Virus record (IMG/VR): IMGVR_UViG_3300032305_001697
Location: 1,724 to 65,723 of that record
Reading direction: 5' to 3' (one strand)
DNA: 64,000 nucleotides
Origin: a virus
Taxonomy: Duplodnaviria; Caudoviricetes
The notes beneath the pieces are model-generated. The model was given only the letters and a program-made list of their open reading frames with translations. It had not been told where the DNA came from and searched no databases. Of the stretch, positions 61,644 through 64,000 are shown piece after piece. Within the stretch, counting starts at the first letter, position 1. Every line of letters starts with the position of its first letter. Both the position numbers and the translations under genes were made by a program.

Positions 61644-61690
61644 AACGCTCTCCTTTGGGACTATTATACACTAAACCAAACAACAAACAA

Positions 61691-61763
61691 TGGGCCCTGT
61701 GGGACTCGAACCCACAACCTAAGAGTTAAAAGCTCCTTGCTCTGCCAGTTGAGCTAAAGGCCC
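61691..61763 (-). tRNA. tRNA-Lys(TTT)
   Basis: GGGCCTT/AGGGCCC; CT-TTT-AA anticodon loop; TTCGAGT T loop. Confidence 0.92.
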
Positions 61764-61817
61764 GCTGTGGTGGATTATACAGGATACCACACCTGTTGTC
61801 AAGCGTCAGCCTCCGAG

Positions 61818-61888
61818 TTCCGGGGCTAGGATTCGAACCCAGACAAAGAGAACCAAAATCTCTAGTGCTACCGTTACACTACCCCGGA
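61818..61888 (-). tRNA. tRNA-Gln(TTG)
   Basis: TCCGGGG/CCCCGGA; AGAGA-TT-TTG-GT-TCTCT. Confidence 0.9.
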
Positions 61889-61922
61889 ATGTTATATATC
61901 ATACTCGTCACGCCACCGCTTG

Positions 61923-62279
61923 TCAACGGACTTGCGAGTACGCTGGCGTTTGGGCCTGTTGTCGAACGCCGTAAACTTGTGTTCCTGGTGACCTTGACGC
62001 ATTTCCCAAGGCATAACTTTCTTGATTTTGATCACGTTGCGGCGTGGACGCATATCGTCGTTGTTGTGGAGGGTAATCATACCATATACCATTTTCGTGT
62101 TGATAGTAAACTTTATCAGAGTTAGGATCGTAAGCCATTAAACAGTATTGAACTGGATAGTTAGTTTTTACACTATCTTCCTGCTTTGTCAAGGGTTGTA
62201 GACTACCACTAGCATAATCTTTATAACCATTATAAGCAAAACCCAAAAGAGCCAAAACAACCGTCACCCACTGTACCAT
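61923..62279 (-). CDS. Membrane-anchored hypothetical protein
   Basis: AAGGAG RBS; N-terminal TM. Confidence 0.5.
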   Translation of the reverse strand: MVQWVTVVLALLGFAYNGYKDYASGSLQPLTKQEDSVKTNYPVQYCLMAYDPNSDKVYYQHENGIWYDYPPQQRRYASTPQRDQNQESYALGNASRSPGTQVYGVRQQAQTPAYSQVR

Positions 62280-62329
62280 AATGTGATCTCCTTACCACAA
62301 GTATCGGCACCTCACCCCAAAAACTTTAG

Positions 62330-62401
62330 TAGCCCCAAGAGGAATCGAACCTCTATCAGATGCTTAGAAGGCATCTGTTCTATCCATTGAACTATGGGGC
62401 C
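62330..62401 (-). tRNA. tRNA-Arg(TCT)
   Basis: GATGC-CT-TCT-AA-GCATC; canonical arms. Confidence 0.92.
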
Positions 62402-62450
62402 AAACAACCGCCAGACTCGCAGATTATTCTACGAGCCTGACGGCTATTGG

Positions 62451-62706
62451 TCAAGCCTCAACGAGTTCCTTCTTGGCCTTCTTGGGATTGGCAGCATCCC
62501 CTGCCTGTTCGGCAGTCACACCCGTAACACGAGCACGCCACACCTTATAGCCCTGCTCACTGAAAGCCTTGACCTCACCGGGCTTGACACTGGCGTGAAC
62601 ATCTTCCGGCAGCGTCTCAGACAGACACGCACGAATAGACTCAGCAACACCCTCACGGTCAAGTTCACCGGCAACAACATCAACAATAAAAGCAAACTTC
62701 TGCATG
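62451..62706 (-). CDS. Hypothetical early protein
   Basis: GGAGG RBS before MQKFAF; promoters at 62747..62774 and 62833..62860. Confidence 0.6.
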
Positions 62707-62832
62707 ATAGAAACCTCCAAAAAATGTAATCGAACCAAGTAAAGTAATCATACCAAACGATTATCACTTGTCAAGGGCTAGGTCGAACTTTTACTGTTGC
62801 GATCAACCAGCGTCTTGTCGTGTGATGCTATC

Positions 62833-62860
62833 ATTATACCTTAGTTATCGGCACTGTCAA
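62833..62860 (-). promoter_or_regulatory. Early sigma70-type promoter
   Basis: TTGACAGTGCCGATAACTAAGGTATAAT. Confidence 0.75.
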
Positions 62861-62944
62861 CCACGTTCATGAATATTTTTTTTGAGTTGCTCTAACTCCT
62901 TATGCTATCAGGGTTTACGTTAACGCGGCCCGCCAACCTTGCGG

Positions 62945-63328
62945 TCATGAGAGAAAACCCTCACAACCCTTATCCACAAGGTCACGCAGCAGATTCTCAG
63001 CCGCTTCGGGAGTGCCGAGAGTTACGCTGTTCTTCGTGCCTGGAGTTGCAGGAACGAACGTGTCGTACTTCCAGCCACCAACCAGAACGTCGCTCCAATC
63101 CTTGGCTTCCTTCAAGCCCCATCCGGTGTGATTTCGGATAGCCTTGATGCAGTAGATACGATTATCCAGAGTCATACCACCAGTGATAGTAACGGTCTTG
63201 TTCCTATTCACCTTAAGAGCATCCTCAAAGGCGATGCAAACCTTGTCATAGATCGTGTCATAGGACTCAATCTTAGAAAGAATCCACATAGCCTCACGAA
63301 CAGTCAGAGAAATATTAATCATAATCAA
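62945..63328 (-). CDS. Ribosomal protein bL12 (L7/L12) C-terminal domain-like protein
   Basis: RIYCIKAIRNHTGWGLKEAKDW...EAAENLLRDLVDKG matches the L12 CTD pattern KI.VIK.VR..TGLGLKEAK. Confidence 0.75.
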   Translation of the reverse strand: MIMINISLTVREAMWILSKIESYDTIYDKVCIAFEDALKVNRNKTVTITGGMTLDNRIYCIKAIRNHTGWGLKEAKDWSDVLVGGWKYDTFVPATPGTKNSVTLGTPEAAENLLRDLVDKGCEGFLS

Positions 63329-63774
63329 ATCCTTTCTTCCAAAATGTAGACTTGTTTACCACTAGTAATCAGTGTAGAATATTCGCTTTCGTCCCATATG
63401 AACTCATTGCTATCACTCTCACGACGCCAATGTGGATCACGAAGTGGATTATAAAACACACGCTCAAGATTGTCAATAGGTAGACTAGGATAAAAATCCT
63501 TGCGAAGCATAACTTCCTCACACCTTACCCATCCACTCACATCATGCACACCAGCCTCAAATACTTGCTTAGCCTTATTTGGTCGATTGCGAAGTTTACA
63601 ACCCCTCATTTCCAACTGATATTCTTTGGGATCATAATAATATACATCAACAGTCTTACTACCCTGTTTAACTTTCACTTGCCAGTGCATATAATGAGCC
63701 CCATTGCTCAAATGAAATCGAACTTCGCCGTATGTTGGTTTCTGTTTCATGTTCATACTATACCTTATCGTCAT
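63325..63774 (-). CDS. Hypothetical protein
   Basis: VRFHL..G.HYMHWQVK; promoter at 63757..63785 suggests a later, leaderless start. Confidence 0.6.
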   Translation of the reverse strand: MTIRYSMNMKQKPTYGEVRFHLSNGAHYMHWQVKVKQGSKTVDVYYYDPKEYQLEMRGCKLRNRPNKAKQVFEAGVHDVSGWVRCEEVMLRKDFYPSLPIDNLERVFYNPLRDPHWRRESDSNEFIWDESEYSTLITSGKQVYILEERI

Positions 63775-64000
63775 CCTGTTGTCAATACTTTAAAATACCC
63801 ATACTGGTCTAACGTCCAGTAGCGTTTTAGACTTCCACCGCTTATAGGGTATTCTCGCTGACTATCGCCACCCACGTCAAATCCGTAGGATTAGGAAAAA
63901 CAAGGTCGGCTTCCGCCATACTCGACCAACATTTCAGATAGCCTCTTTTGATATCATTGTGGCTATCCCCGTCCCTTGTCTCCCTAGTATATCTCTATTA

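Noticed and set aside
61796-62729. Plus-strand ORFs 61796..62125 and 62394..62729
   Set aside because: They lie antisense to tRNA-Gln and to minus-strand genes that have clear promoters and RBSs.
63794-63979. Purine riboswitch or hammerhead ribozyme assignment
   Set aside because: The kissing-loop junction lacks the J2/3 UUUCUAC strand, and CTGAAATG does not fit the hammerhead CUGANGA/GAAA core. The region is kept only as an unknown structured RNA.
1-64000. CRISPR array, DGR or retron
   Set aside because: I saw no regularly spaced direct repeats, cas genes or reverse transcriptase. The palindromes at 59-63 kb are irregularly spaced and degenerate.
1-64000. Stop-codon reassignment
   Set aside because: Conserved genes (NrdJ, ligase, RuvB, GuaC, rIIA) are full length in code 11, TAA, TAG and TGA all end genes, and there is no suppressor tRNA.

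Overview
AT-rich fragment of a large lytic dsDNA tailed phage genome. Almost every gene is on the minus strand and the standard genetic code 11 fits. Transcription runs right to left. The right end (about 43-64 kb) is an early/accessory region of small ORFs, sigma70-type promoters and tRNAs, and includes DUF932, bL12-like, PRTase-like, ASCH and two metallophosphoesterase genes. The middle holds DNA repair and nucleotide genes (ThyX, UvsE, a deaminase, ATP-dependent ligase, HhH glycosylase, rIIA/rIIB, RuvB) plus a tmRNA. Next comes a glycosyltransferase/methyltransferase/radical-SAM/GuaC island. The left end holds a phage sigma factor, ClpP, a DeoC-like gene, a membrane-protein/C1-peptidase cassette, dCMP deaminase, class II RNR and PhoH. 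Seven tRNAs were folded by eye, including unusual Ser(ACT), Ile(TAT) and a short-arm Leu(TAA). A Planctomycetota host is a tentative inference. The strongest candidates for undescribed biology are: a 64-nt anticodon-less tRNA mimic after rIIB; a RuvB paired with a Zn-ribbon/RuvA-domain-III protein; composite 29-bp palindrome elements inverted around DUF932; several structured or repeated non-coding elements; and the GT/rSAM island. All calls come from motif recognition by eye, and no database searches were run.
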